64,000 nt of DNA from Octopus sinensis (lineage: Eukaryota). The position numbers and the translations under genes are program-made. The notes under the pieces were generated by a model. It ran no database searches. It was not told the DNA's origin and saw nothing but the letters and a program-made list of their open reading frames with translations. Positions 14,606-27,094 of this stretch are shown here, piece after piece (the first letter of the stretch is position 1; each line of letters starts with the position of its first letter). The stretch spans positions 123,938,001-124,002,000 of the forward strand of contig NC_042998.1 in the NCBI RefSeq assembly GCF_006345805.1, given 5' to 3'.

Positions 14606-14850
14606 ACATAAATATATGTGTGTGCATATGTGTGTCTTTGTGTACTTCCCCCCAGCGCTTCAAAACAGCTCCGTGTGTGTTTACGTCCCCATAACTTAGC
14701 GTTTCACCAAAAGTGATTCCTATAATAATTACCAGACTTTAAAAAAAAATAAGTACTGGGGTTTAGACATTAAGCTAAACATTCTTCAAGGCGGTGCTCC
14801 AACAGAGCCTCGGACTAATGAATGAAACAATTAAAAGACAAAAGATAAAG
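14390..14850 (+). mobile_element. tRNA-derived SINE (family 1), diverged full-length copy
   Basis: Head GGTAAGAAGCTTGC...CACATGGTTCTGGGCTCAGCCCC, body GGTAGACGGAAACTGTAAGAAGCCCGTC, internal (TA)/(GT) tract and tail match the copy at 63264-63662. Confidence 0.85.
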
Positions 14851-14884
14851 ATACATACATATATATTGTGTGCGTATGTATATA

Positions 14885-15114
14885 TACATTCTTTTATTTG
14901 TTTCAGTCATTTCACTGCGGCCATGCTGGAGCACCTCCTTTAGTCGAACAAATCGACCCCCAGGACTTATTCGTTGTAAGCCTAGTACTTACTCTATCGC
15001 TCTCTTTTGCCGAACCACTAAGTTACGGGGACGTGAACACAGCAACATCGGTTGTCAAGCGATGGTGGGGGGACAAACACAGAGACACAAGTACATACAC
15101 ACACACACACACGC

Positions 15115-15146
<32 letters not shown>

Positions 15147-15220
15147 TATATATACGACTAGTCTCTTTCAGTTTCCGTCTACCAAATCCTCACAAGGCTT
15201 TGGTCGACCCGAGGCTATAA
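14885..15220 (-). mobile_element. tRNA-derived SINE (family 1), 5'-truncated
   Basis: GCGGCCATGCTGGAGCACC...GCCGAACCACTAAGTTACGGGGACG...CAAGGCTTTGGTCG, homologous to 29213-29675. Confidence 0.9.
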
Positions 15221-15379
15221 GACCAAAGCCTTGTGTGTGGATCTATATGGCAAGACCATACGCCAAATACAAGTTATTCGAATATATTTCTTCAAGTTCA
15301 GGTGTATTAAGATATGTGGACGTTATGTATACATCAGATTATGTATGGTCGGGATTGTAATATGTGAATGTTGTGTTTA

Positions 15380-16250
15380 ACTGCGTGTAGGCACCTGGGT
15401 AATTGTTAAATGAATTTATTTATACTGCACCCCTTTGTTAACATTATCGAGAGTGACTCCTCGAAGCATAACTACCATTTCCAGGATATACTGTTCCAGA
15501 GACTCGCGTGTCTAAGTATTGGCCATGTAAGGCCGCATTTTGCTTCGCTCCCTTAAGCCTCCAGATAAGATTGGCCAGCGATGCTATATGTCGTTTAAGG
15601 ATATTTCGAAAGCTGGCAATTGGTTGTGGTATCGATTTTGGAAAAAATCGGCCGATGTCCCGATATATACGCAGCGGCCTCTTCTAATGTTTATAGGGCG
15701 CTTGTATACCACGTTCCTAGTCATATATTGGTTATCCAAAGGACAATTGGCTCTAACTCTGCATGAGCATAACTGTTTGATTTTGTTCGCTTGTGGGATT
15801 GGTTCTGTTCGGTATGCTGGTTGTCAATATTATTGTTTTATTTTCACTATTTGTAGCTGTTCTCAGTTTATTATTTGAACTGTTGCTGGTGTTATTTGTT
15901 GGATGGTTATCATGAATATTGTAATTATTGCTCTCTTGGTTGGTAGTATAATTTGAGTTATAATCGTTGTTTTTAGGTTGATCATATGATCTATGGTCGA
16001 TGTTGCGAAAGTTATTTTGAGTGCTGACTAACCTTCGCCTCAGTTTACGGTTGTTAATCCTATGAATATGGTGATCTAAGTTTAGTGAATTTGCATAGGA
16101 TAGTTTTACAGTGTGTCGGTTGCATATTTTGCTGTACACGCCATTTTTATGGAAGCAGCGATCAAGTGCAGTGAAAAATTGTTTCGCAATCTCGGATGAG
16201 ATGCTGGAGTTCCAGATCAAGTTATAGCAAAGAACGTCATGGTTTTTGTA
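15380..16250 (-). mobile_element. Penelope-like element fragment (linker plus GIY-YIG endonuclease), decayed
   Basis: ORF 15753-16220: IWNSSISSEIAKQFFTALDRCFHKNGVYSKICNRHTVKLSYANSLN matches the PLE WFNPP...KIFNRNTVKVSYSCMPN block; a downstream YIGTSADFFQNRY GIY-YIG-like motif is present in a broken frame. Confidence 0.8.
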
Positions 16251-16329
16251 TTTTTGGTTAGGTCTGACTGTCTGGGTGCTTCGAGCGGCAATTGGACTTT
16301 GTGGCGTTAGGTGTTTATATATATATATA

Positions 16330-17170
16330 TATATAATTGCTGTTTCTCTTGTCCGCCTTTGTATTGTCTATCTGCCCGAACGTTTTAATGCCCTCTATTG
16401 CATTTTGTTTCATTTATATATATATATATGTATACGTACACCCTTATGCTCACCTCATAATAGGTATGTATCTAAATTTTGTACGACTCCACTCTATATT
16501 TTATCCCCCCTCTCATATTTCTTTTTCTCGCTCCCCCTTTCTCACGTTACTTGGCCGTCTCTTTCTTTAACTTCCACTATTTCCCACTCATTTATCTCCC
16601 CTGTACCTTTATCTTTATCTCTGATTCTTTTTCTAATCCTTCGATCTAGCTGCCCCCCACCCATCTCTCCTCCTTCCATGTGACTGGTGTCCGGCCAGCC
16701 TTGATCTTTCTTTCTTGGCCTGACTACTGGCCGCCAACACCCCTTGTGTCCGTCTCCTATGTTTCTGACTTTAGACTTTCCTTTCATACACGCCAGCTCA
16801 ATTTCATTCGTCCCCAGTCGAAAGACGCCTGTTGTTATTTCTTGTTGTTTGTATTCGTAATTGTGTACTGTGGTCTCCGTTTTTTTTGTTTGTTTCTTTT
16901 TTGTCTTTGTTGGCGTACACATTCGCTAGCTTTCTTATAAAGAGGTCTAATGCTCTTACCTTAGACTTTTTGCGGGGGCAACCATATCGAACTATCTCAA
17001 GTGTAACTGCTCGAAATGGTCGTCATTTCTGGTACTTGACCGAAAAAGAAGGCCATGAATGACCCGTTTTTTTTACTGATTTTGTAATTGTTGCTTCCTT
17101 TGTACGCCTTTCTATCGTCTATGTGCCCGAACGTTTTAATGCCCTCTACTGCATTTTCTTCCATTTATAT
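16330..17170. repeat. ~90-bp direct repeats (16330-16420 and 17085-17170) flanking probable PLE-derived sequence
   Basis: Both contain TGCCCGAACGTTTTAATGCCCTCTA(T/C)TGCATTTT followed by (TA)n. Confidence 0.7.
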
Positions 17171-17226
17171 ATATATGTATGTATATGTGTATGTATGCAT
17201 ATGTATATATATATATATATATATAT

Positions 17227-17300
<74 letters not shown>

Positions 17301-17334
17301 ATGTATATGAAAACATACATATATACTCTTTTAC

Positions 17335-17610
17335 TCTTTTATTAGTTTCAGTTATTTGACTGCAGCTATGCTGGAGCACCACCTTTAGTCGAACAAATTG
17401 CGCCCCGGACTTATTCTTTGTAATCCTAGTACTTATTATATCGGTCTTTTTAACCGAACCGCTGAATTACGGGAACGTAAACATACCAGCATCGTTGTCA
17501 AGTGATGTTTGGGAGACAAACACAGGCACACAAACATATACATACATACACACGCACACACACGCACACACGCACGCACGCACACACGCACACAGACATA
17601 CACACGCACA

Positions 17611-17654
<44 letters not shown>

Positions 17655-18010
17655 TATATATATATATATGTAGTAAATCTGAAACAAGAACAACGAGCTC
17701 AAAAACACGACAGACGTTCAGGGAAGGAAAGAAAGATGATTTAATGTTTCGAGCAACGCTCTTCTTCAGAAAGGGAGGAAAGTCCAATAGAAAGGAACAC
17801 GGTGGAAGAAAATCACCAACAATTCACATGTGGTTATATTTTGAAATATATATATTTATACACGACAGACTTCTTTCAGTTTCTGTCTAACAAATCCACT
17901 CACAAGACTTTGGTCGGCCCGAGGCTATAGTAGAAAACACTTGCAATGGGACTAAACCCGGAACCATGTGGTTGGTAAGCTAACCACTTACTACTCAACC
18001 ACTCCTGCGC
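17335..18010 (-). mobile_element. tRNA-derived SINE (family 1) with a ~180-bp foreign insert in its internal microsatellite
   Basis: Both halves match 29213-29675; the insert at ~17670-17850 carries a hammerhead-like relic. Confidence 0.85.
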
Positions 18011-18223
18011 TTATATATATATATACTCCTGAGTATATATATATATACGTTTAAATATTTGTTGTGCAAGATTTTTTATGTGAAGTCGTGTGTTGAACTT
18101 TGGCCGAAATAAGATTAAGATTAATGTAAAAAATAAATATCACTGAAGCAAAATAACACCAAATATATAGTGCGTGTGTTTTTATTGGCTAAACTGGCAA
18201 TATGACCATTCCGAAATATAACA

Positions 18224-18265
<42 letters not shown>

Positions 18266-18767
18266 ATTTGTCTATATGTGTGCGTGTGTGTTTGTGTGTA
18301 TAAAATTTGCAAATGGTAATATGCAGCATAACCCAGAAAATCAAGAGACAAACAGTTAATAATGAGATATTATGGAAACCAGCAAATATAGGAAATCCGA
18401 ATGCAGGACAGACCTCGATTTATATCGTTTTATATAATACAGCAAAAATGGTCCTTAGATATGGAAAGAACATCTGGGGATTTGTTTCATTACATGGTTA
18501 ACATTCATCTTTCACTGTTATAACACTGTTATGTCACTGCCTTGACAATAAATGTTTTCTATTCTTCCGGATTCGAACAATCTGTAACAATTTAGGAGAA
18601 GCAGATGTATGCCTCACTGGATAATATATATACTTGATAAATTTAAAAGGATGAAGCTTTAAATTACTGCTAATGTCGCACTGTTCCTGTGGACTGAATA
18701 TTTTGTATCTAGCAAGAGATGCTACTCACTGATGTTATGTGATAAATCGGTAATTTTCCAGGTACAA

Positions 18768-18997
18768 GGCGGCGAGCTGGCAGAAAGGTTAGCACGCTGG
18801 GCGAAATGCGTAGCCGTTTTTCGTCTGCCGTTACGTTCTGAGTTCAAATTCCGCCGAGGTCGACTTTGCCTTTCATCCTTTCAGGGTAGATAAATTAAGT
18901 ACCAATTACGCACTGAGGTCAATATAATCGACTTAATCCGTTTGCCTGTCCTTGTTTGTCCTCTCTGTGTTTAGCCCCTTTTTGGTAGTACAGAAAT
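18768..18997 (+). mobile_element. tRNA-derived SINE (family 2, Nin/Deu-core-like), full length
   Basis: Head GGCGGCGAGCTGGCAG...GAGTTCAAATTCC; core TTTCATCCTTTCAGGGTAGATAAATTAAGTACC resembles the Deu/Nin-DC SINE domain; tail TCTCTGTGTTTAGCCCC...GTAGTACAGAAATA. Confidence 0.85.
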
Positions 18998-19631
18998 AAG
19001 TAATTTTTCAGGTAAAGTACAAATACTTGAATGTATTGCAGGGCAATGCTGCGAGATATTCAAAACACTATGGCACGAATTAATCAAACAAAACATTATT
19101 TTTATAACACGGTATGACATTTTTCTATACCTAAATTCGAATACTGTTGAAAATGAAAAAAAAAACGAAAATAATGGAAATTGAATATATTGTACATTTT
19201 TGAAAGAAGAATGTATTTCGTTTGCATATAAATATTCACTGCATGGATTTTTTAGCTTCGAAAGGTATCAGAGACCTGTGTGCTGACAAACTGTGTAGGT
19301 CTAACAAAAGAAATGCGTAATATGTCTAACTGCAGATCTAAAAGAAATTTCTCTTCTTGGAACATAATTGAAACATATTGAGAATATTGCGAGTTCATCT
19401 GATACAATTGCTGCTGTCATGTAGAAGTTACTAGAAAATGTCACTCCGTATCGTGTAGAAAATATATATTTATAAAAATAAAAATATATAAGCAACGTTT
19501 TAGACGGTGTCATAAGTGCATTTCTCTTCATAATAATGAACAACTAGCGAATAAAATTTTGAAACAGCTTATCATGCTTTCCCTAGACCGATCGAAGGAA
19601 TATATGTTGATATATAAAAGAAATATTTAAA

Positions 19632-19969
19632 CATGTGGTTCTTAACCCGGGTTGCACACCATCCCCTAGAGGGGTGTCAGTAATTTTCAAAAGGGCGCGA
19701 GCCTTTGAGTAAAAGCAGGAATTTCTGTAATTATACTTGTTATTCTCTTAACGAGAGCATGGTCAAATAATACGTTTATGAAAAAATACAAAGTATTGCC
19801 TTATACATTTAGTGTTCTTATTCTACTGTCTTAGCACCGCTTATCATTTTCTGTACTTATTGACCCCACCTTCATATCCCTCAGAACCCTCAATAATTCT
19901 GATTAGTAGCTTTAACATTTGCGTTTATTTTGTAATTTTTCTGTTACAAGACTCAATTAAGAATCACTG
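19632..19969. mobile_element. hAT(Charlie)-like MITE
   Basis: Left end CATGTGGTTCTTAACC and right end ATTAAGAATCACTG are imperfect inverted termini of the CAGTGGTTCTTAACC type; flanks are AT-rich but no clean 8-bp TSD. Confidence 0.55.
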
Positions 19970-20519
19970 GTATAAAGCTTAGATATTATTACAGTGTAAA
20001 CATCTTTTTTAGTTAATAGATTATAAACAAGTTTGATCCACAGCTTTCTTATATATGAAATAATGTGATTCTTACAAATCAAGAGTCATGCTGAAACATT
20101 ATTAAATCATTATAGTAAAACACTAAGAAATATTAAATAATGTAAATATTAACTTAATTTAAAAAATAAGTTATTTTAAAATGTTAGCAAGAGGGAAAGT
20201 ATGATATATTTCAAAATAGGAAATAAAACAAAAAGTACACTGAACTGGAAAAGAAATGCAATTTTTTCAAATGTCGTTGTTATATGGTAACTTCTGAAAA
20301 TTAATTTTGGGGATGTAAGTGTAAATATTCGAAGACATGCTGGTTCATTGCTGAGACTCAAATTGCAAATAACCTTTCGACTTTCCCTGAAACGAGTCGC
20401 CAAAATGCAGCGGCGTTCAATGCCGTGGGTGGCAGTCGCAAACAATTGTCCACAAAAATCGAAATGTGTGTGCATTTTGTTGAGGTTATGGATATAAAAA
20501 TCAACTGAACTGCGTTTCT

Positions 20520-21441
20520 GGCATTTAAAATGTGTCTGCCTGTCATTACGGTTGGAATTTTATTATGAAGAAGTCTATTGTTGAGTTAAGTACCATTGTT
20601 TTATTGTTGCACGTTTTCCCTTTTGGTACTGCGTACTTCTTATAAACTTGTTATAAACTGTTAGCGTCTTTTTACAAATTGCTTGCTTGAGCAAGCTTGT
20701 TATCCTTTGTTCCCCCTTAAAGGGGCGAAATGTTTTCGTTTTGTGTAGGGATTGTGGCTACACAAAATGTCTACAGACATGTACAATGGATCTGAGCACT
20801 TGGAAATCGATGATTCAGAGTAATCCAGCGAGTCGGAGGAGAATATGGAGGGACATGCGGCTGCAGTGGGAACCGCCAAAGGAGATATACAATTAGGCCG
20901 GAAGCGTTGAAAAGGTTTCAGCCAATTCTACGTGGGGAGAGAGCTAACATGAAGTTAACTAAGTTTGACCATCAACATCAGCTGAAGTGAGTGATGGGGA
21001 GTGGTCGGTTACAGGGAGGAAGAATAATAATAAAGTTCTCGTTCTCTTCCTCCACCCAACTCTAAAAGCATGAGAGCAGTCATTCAAACTTGAACTCAGA
21101 CAAAGAACATTTCATACATTTCAAATATTTCAAATACAGACAAGAAAAAATACACCAAAAAACAAAACAATTAACCACACAACACAGTCACCACACAGCA
21201 AGGACATAGCAGGAACACAAATTAAATAACTTTTTAAAATAAATTTTTGTAAAATTTCTGAAAATGTTCAATAGAGTTGCGTAGATCGTGAGGCTTGCGA
21301 AGCATCAATTCGCCTTTTTTATTAATCATTATTATCCATTTTTCATTCGTTTCTTTGCCCAGTTTTGTGTGTTTAGTTTGTATATCTTGTTTGTATTTGT
21401 ACTCTCCCTTCTGTGTTTGGTCCCTTGATGGCAATAGAGAA
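20520..21441 (+). mobile_element. Tx1/L1-like ORF1-derived non-autonomous element, array unit 0 (internally deleted)
   Basis: TTG-rich 5' UTR, hairpin TTCCCCCTTAAAGGGGCGAA before ATG 20730, acidic SSESEEN remnant, EWSVTGRK motif, 3' UTR with TTCATTCG and tail ...GGCAATAGAGAA. Confidence 0.6.
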
Positions 21442-23262
21442 TGAATTCGCAATTAGTCCACCTAGAGTTAGTATAATCATTTACGGTCAGTGTCGCTTCT
21501 TTGTTTGTTATATCATGGTTCCTGAATTGTTGAATATTGTTATTGTGTGTGTTGCTATTACACCATAGTTTTACTGATTTGCGGCGGCCCTGTTATTGAT
21601 TTCCCCTTGTTTGAGGGGGAAACGTTTTTGGTATAACATGGATACTGGTTGTGAAAGGTTAAGTCTTTCTGGCGTGAATTCGTCGGAGAGTAAATTATAG
21701 GAATTCTTGGATAACATAGAGGAGGAGCTATCAAGAAGAAAACATCTCAAACAACAAGGAAAGTATCAAAAGTTTGCAGCCACTTCAGGCTTCGAAAGAG
21801 GAGATAAAGTTTGAAATGCAGGATTTAATAAAGTACAAGCATCTTTTGAAAAAGGACAGTCACGAATTTTAGGTTGACCACTCCTAGCAGAATTACTTAG
21901 GATAGGTTGAAGAAAACAATAATAATTAAAACGTTTGTTGTCAAACAGAAGAATAAGTTATGTCAACAAGGGTTCAAATCGAGAAGTGCTTAGGACCCAT
22001 CTAGCTGGAAATTACGTACCTGGCCAAGAGTAACGAATATGCTTTGTTGGAAGTGCGGTTTCAAATAGTGGAAATGGCCATGCAACACTCCGTGGCCTCC
22101 TTGAAGACAGATGAAGTGATTCTACTACCATCATACCTTGGAAAGCGAACTTCCATAGCAAAGGTCGAACAAATCTCACCAGAGGTAGACGTTGCCGGGC
22201 TAGCAGCGACGATAACATTAGGCTTGGAGGAGAGGATAACAATTCTCCAAGCATCAAGAATACCAAAGCAAAACTTGCTAGGACAAGGGCTAGAGATTAT
22301 CATCTGGTGGAGGAGGAGAGCGATGCGCGGGAGGACGTAGAAAGTATTCTGGACACCATTTTGGTGAGTGACAAGAAATTGAGGGTAGTGGTGGAGAGCA
22401 ATAAGCCACGATGCTTCAACTGTGACCAGAAAAGCAACATAATGCCTTCCGCCTCTCGCTGCAAAAGCACCGGTGGTACCCCCAGAGGTGAAGGATACCG
22501 CACCTCCACTTCATACGGTGACAAATGCAGAGATGGAGGAGAAATGAGACGAGAAAGAGATAAAGACACCAGAGGAGAACGAATGAAGCAACGTCTCCAC
22601 GAGGAAAAGGAGAAAGAGTGGGAATAACCACTCCAGGGATGGTAGCCCTCACCCAACCCTCACTGACACCATTCATCGCCCATACCCACCAGACACTGAC
22701 TCAGAACCTGCACACACATACACACTTACAAACATACAGGAGCTCAGCCCCCTTCCCCAATACCTTTGTATTGTTATACGAGGCAAGGAAAGCCGCATAA
22801 GCGAAAAAGGTAGAAGACCTTGAGTCAATCATAAGGGTGAACCTGCCGGTCGAGGGTGTCCCCCTTTATATGAGATGTATGCTCATTGATAGTGACAGCT
22901 AATGTGAATTAAAACATACATTTGGGTCAGACGTTGGTCCTTTGAGAGTGGAGGTAGCGATTGATTCGTTTCCTCCAGTTGTAGACTCCAGTGACTTAGA
23001 TGCATTTGTCATCGAGGTGAAACCTTTTTCAGTATAAAAAAGGGGGGAAAGTGAGGAAGAAGAAAAAGAAGGAAAAAAGAAAAAGAGCCTCAATTTGTAA
23101 ACGTTTTATAGAAAAAGATCAATGAGCCTGCTTGGGATGTGGGGTCCGTGTCATTCCACCTTCTCGATTTTTCATTCGTTGTTTTTCACACCTTTTGTTT
23201 GTGCTGTCTTGTCTCTCCTTGTGGTGTCCATCTGTGTTCCGAGCTTAATGGTTTATATAGAA
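21442..23262 (+). mobile_element. Tx1/L1-like ORF1-only element, array unit A (ORF1 frameshifted)
   Basis: ATG 21638, acidic N-terminus, LEVRFQ...ILLPSYLGKRTSIAKVEQI, VVVESNKPRCFNC knuckle remnant, Pro/Thr linker, C-terminal GSDVGPLRVEVAIDSFPPV block, then 3' UTR; no RT or endonuclease sequence. Confidence 0.8.
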
Positions 23263-23276
23263 CAGATTTCGCAATA

Positions 23277-24180
23277 TTGAGGGCTGTGGTGGAGAGAAGG
23301 AGGACTCGTTGTTCCAAGTGTGACCAAAAGGGCTGCATAAGTGCAGAATGCCCTCCGCCTCCCGTAAAAGCACCAGTGATCCCTTAGTAGTGACAGAAAT
23401 CACACATTCGCCTTCTGCAACAAATGCGGAAGAAAACAAGACAAGTGACGAAGCAAAAGAGAAGGGATGGGTGACGGTTGCCAAGAAAAAGAGGAAAAAA
23501 CCGAAGGCCCCCACTCCACTGATACTAGCCCTAACCCTACTCCACTCTACTCCAACCTGTGCCCGCAGAATGACCTCTCATCCTGCCCCATCAGTCACTG
23601 ACCCCAACCCTGCTCTTTTAAATATACAAACTTACATACAAGAGCATCAAACTGCCCATCCTTCCGTGAAAAACGGCGTTCGTATTCATGTACGATATAA
23701 AGGCAAAGAGACAGTAAAAAAGATAAAGACTATGAAGACAGTAATAAGGGGGTACACGCACGTCGCGGATTTTTCCACACTTATGAGATTTCTGCTCATC
23801 GATGGGAAAAGCCAACTTGTATTGAGAGAGTCGTGCGAGTCGGACGTTGGACCATTGTGTGTGGAAGCAGTGACTGATTCGTTGCCCCCAGTCATTGACT
23901 ACACTGTATTGAACAAACTTGAGGCTGTGCGTTGACTGTTTTCTTTATAAAATTAAAATGTACTTTTTTTAATAAAGGAGAAAAAGAGACTCAAACTAAA
24001 AACGTTTTTTAAGCAATTAGTTCAATGACGCCACTTGGGATGAGGGGCTCGAGTGGCTGTCATTCCACATTTCATTTTTTTCACATTTCATCGTCTTTCA
24101 TTCGATTTTCCCCCACTTGTGTTTCTGTCCATCCTTGTATTATTCTCTCTGTATTTCGACATGGTGTGGTTAGTTAAGAA
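23277..24180 (+). mobile_element. Tx1/L1-like ORF1-only element, array unit B (5'-truncated at the zinc knuckle)
   Basis: LRAVVERRRTRCSKCDQKGCISAEC, then ORF 23348-23935 ending ESDVGPLCVEAVTDSLPPVIDYTVLNKLEAVR*, then 3' UTR hairpin and tail. Confidence 0.8.
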
Positions 24181-25705
24181 GAGATTCAGAATATAAACGC
24201 CAAGAGTTTGTGACGTTATTTACGGTAAGTATCGATTGTTCGCTCGTTATATAACAGTTGTTGAATTGTTGAACGTTGTTACTGTGTGTTTAATACACCA
24301 TTGTTTTACAGCTTTGCAGCAGTTTTGCTATCGTTTTCCCCTTGTTTGAGGGGGGAAAATAGCTTTTTGTTTAACATGAACACTGGTTGTGAAAGGTTGA
24401 GTCTTTCCTACATGGATTCGTCGGAGAGTGAATTATTGGAATTCTTGGATAACATAGAGAAGGAGCTGTCAAGACGAAAAAAGGATAATGAATATTAACA
24501 ACAGGAAAAGTTTTGCGGTTGCGGCCGGCACCTCGAAAGAGGAAATAAAGATTGAAATGCAAGATTTAATGAAATACAAAGGCCAGTTGAAAAATGAGTG
24601 GCGCGAAATTGAGCTGACCACTCCTAACAGAGTTACTTAGGATACGTTGGAGAAAACGATAATTGTTTAAAACAATTTAGTCAATGAGAAAATAATAGAC
24701 GTGATAACAAAGGTTCAAGTCGAGAAGTACTTGGGAACTAGCTGGCCCAAAAATACGTCCTGGACAGGGGAGACAAAAATGCTTCACAGAGTGCGGTTTC
24801 AAACAGGCGAATAATCGGTGGCCTCCTTGCAGACGCAGGAAGGTGAACTTCCAGGTTAAGGGTCGAAGAAATCCCACCAGCGGTGGATGTTGCCGGGTTG
24901 GTAGCGGTGATAACATTGGTCTTGGAGAGAGGATAACAATCAAGAATACCGAAACAAAACTGGCTCGGGTAAGGACTGGAGATGATCATCTACGCTGCCC
25001 TGGAGGACATAGAAATTATTGTGGACACCATTTTAGTGGGTGACAAGAAATTGAGGGTAGCGGTAGGGGACAGGAAGCCACAATGCTCCAAGTGACCAGA
25101 AAGGCCACATAAGAGCAGAATGCCCTCCGCCTCCAAGAAAAACACCGGTGGTATTTCCAATAGGGAAAGAAACCGCAGCTCCACCTCATACAGCGAAAAA
25201 ATCCGAAACGGATAAGAAATGTGACGAGAAAAAGATAAATGCACCAGAGGAGAACGAATGGACGTGAATTCGTCGGAGAGTGAATTAATGAAATTCTTTG
25301 ATAACAAAGGAGGAGCTGTCAAGAGGAAATGGAGGAGGAGGAATAGCCACTCCACGGATACTAGCTATCAACCTACACCCCACCGACGCCATTCTTCACC
25401 CAGCCTCACCAGACATTGTCCCAGAACCTGCGCACACAGATACACTTACAAACACGCAGGATCCTCAGCCCCCCACCCACCATAAAGAAAACACTAGTTT
25501 TGTATTATTATACGAGGCAAGGAAAGCAGCATGAGCGAAAAAAGTAGAACTACGAGGTGAACCTGCTGATCGGGGGTGTTTCCTCTTATTTGAGATGTGT
25601 GCTCATTGATAGTGAGAGCCACTGTGAAATGAAAGATATATTTGGGTCAGACGTTGGTCCTTTGAGAGTGGAGTTGGGGATTAATTCGCTTCCTCCTGTT
25701 ATAAA
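24181..25705 (+). mobile_element. Tx1/L1-like ORF1-only element, array unit C (decayed, 3'-truncated)
   Basis: Colinear with unit A from the 5' UTR (ATTTACGGTAAGT) through MNTGCERLSLSYMDSSESELLEFLDNIEKELSRRK to GSDVGPLRVELGINSLPPV. Confidence 0.8.
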
Positions 25706-25781
25706 CCGCAGTCAGCTTTCTTACTCCATAAAAACTATCTCTCTGGTATCATCATTTACTTGTTTTAAACCCCAGGGAAAT

Positions 25782-25874
25782 CGGATATTTTGCTTAGGCA
25801 TAATTGGTTGTACGTACTGCTTTGTGAAATGTTCTATTATGAAATGTAAACACTGTTTTAAAAAATAGCTGACG

Positions 25875-25947
<73 letters not shown>

Positions 25948-26010
25948 TAGAGAGAGAGAGAGAGTAGAGAGAGAGAGAGATAACTAATTATGCCTAAGCA
26001 AAATATCTGA
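25782..26010. repeat. ~29-bp inverted repeat flanking a (TA)n(GA)n tract
   Basis: ATCGGATATTTTGCTTAGGCATAATTGGTT versus TAACTAATTATGCCTAAGCAAAATATCTGAT. Confidence 0.8.
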
Positions 26011-26356
26011 TATATATATATATATTGTTTGATACTGTTTGATAAATTTGTTCGAAATTTTACCGGCATCCTCTCCGTCGCCGGTATAATTTGCGTCTGC
26101 GCAGAGGTTTGAAAAGTTAGGATTTACAAACCGTTAGATCTACATGTGGATCTAGCCGTCTGTGCGTCAGGATTATCAAGGTTGTCCCACTGAAGAAACT
26201 TGCCTTCAGCAAATATTTTTTTACTGGAAATAGTTAGAAACTGGATATAGTTGAGATGGTAAATGTTTTTAATTTTCATTCCTTTCGTGAATTTATCCCC
26301 TTTTTTGTGTTCTAGCACAACGTTTTCCTATTTGGAAGCCTCTTATTGTATTTATA

Positions 26357-26463
<107 letters not shown>

Positions 26464-26502
26464 TGTATATGTGTGCGTTTGCCGGCGCTTGTCTGCGCAT
26501 AT

Positions 26503-26830
26503 TGCTCAGTTGTTAGAACGTCGAGCTCGCAATCACAAGGTAGTGAGTTCGATTCCTGGACTGGGCTATAGGCTGTGTCCTTCAGCAAGACACTATATCT
26601 CGCGTTGCTCCAGTTCACTCACATGTAGAAATGAGTTACGACGACACTGGTGCCAAGCTGTATCGGTCATTTCCCTTCCATTGGAAAAGATCAGTGGTAT
26701 GGAGAGAGGAGGTTGGTATTCATGGGCGACTGCTGGTCTTCTACAAAACAACGTTGCACAAATTTGGGCCTCGGAGGGAAATTATTTAGGTGCAATCCTA
26801 TCTCCATTCATAACCGAAAGCGGTCTTTAC
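26503..26830 (+). mobile_element. tRNA-derived SINE (family 3), full length
   Basis: A-box-like TTGCTCAGTTG, B-box GAGTTCGATTCC, core TGTGTCCTTCAGCAAGACACT; homologous to 56576-56880. Confidence 0.85.
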
Positions 26831-26950
26831 GTATATATATGTATATATATATAGCTATATATATGTGTGTGTGTGTACATTCCTATATATATACATACGT
26901 ATATATATATATACATACATATATATGTTCCCATATATATATTCGAATAC

Positions 26951-26988
<38 letters not shown>

Positions 26989-27029
26989 TAAATATAAATA
27001 TATACCCACACATAAATATATTCATAAAC

Positions 27030-27094
<65 letters not shown>

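Noticed and set aside
20520-25705. Repeat-and-spacer-like arrangement suggesting a CRISPR or LTR structure
   Set aside because: Units are kilobase-scale retroelement copies; no short regular repeats, cas genes, LTRs, PBS or PPT were found.
26503-26580. tRNA-like sequences in SINE heads (also 56576, 63264, 18768)
   Set aside because: A/B boxes are present but run into SINE bodies and lack a full cloverleaf; not tRNA genes.
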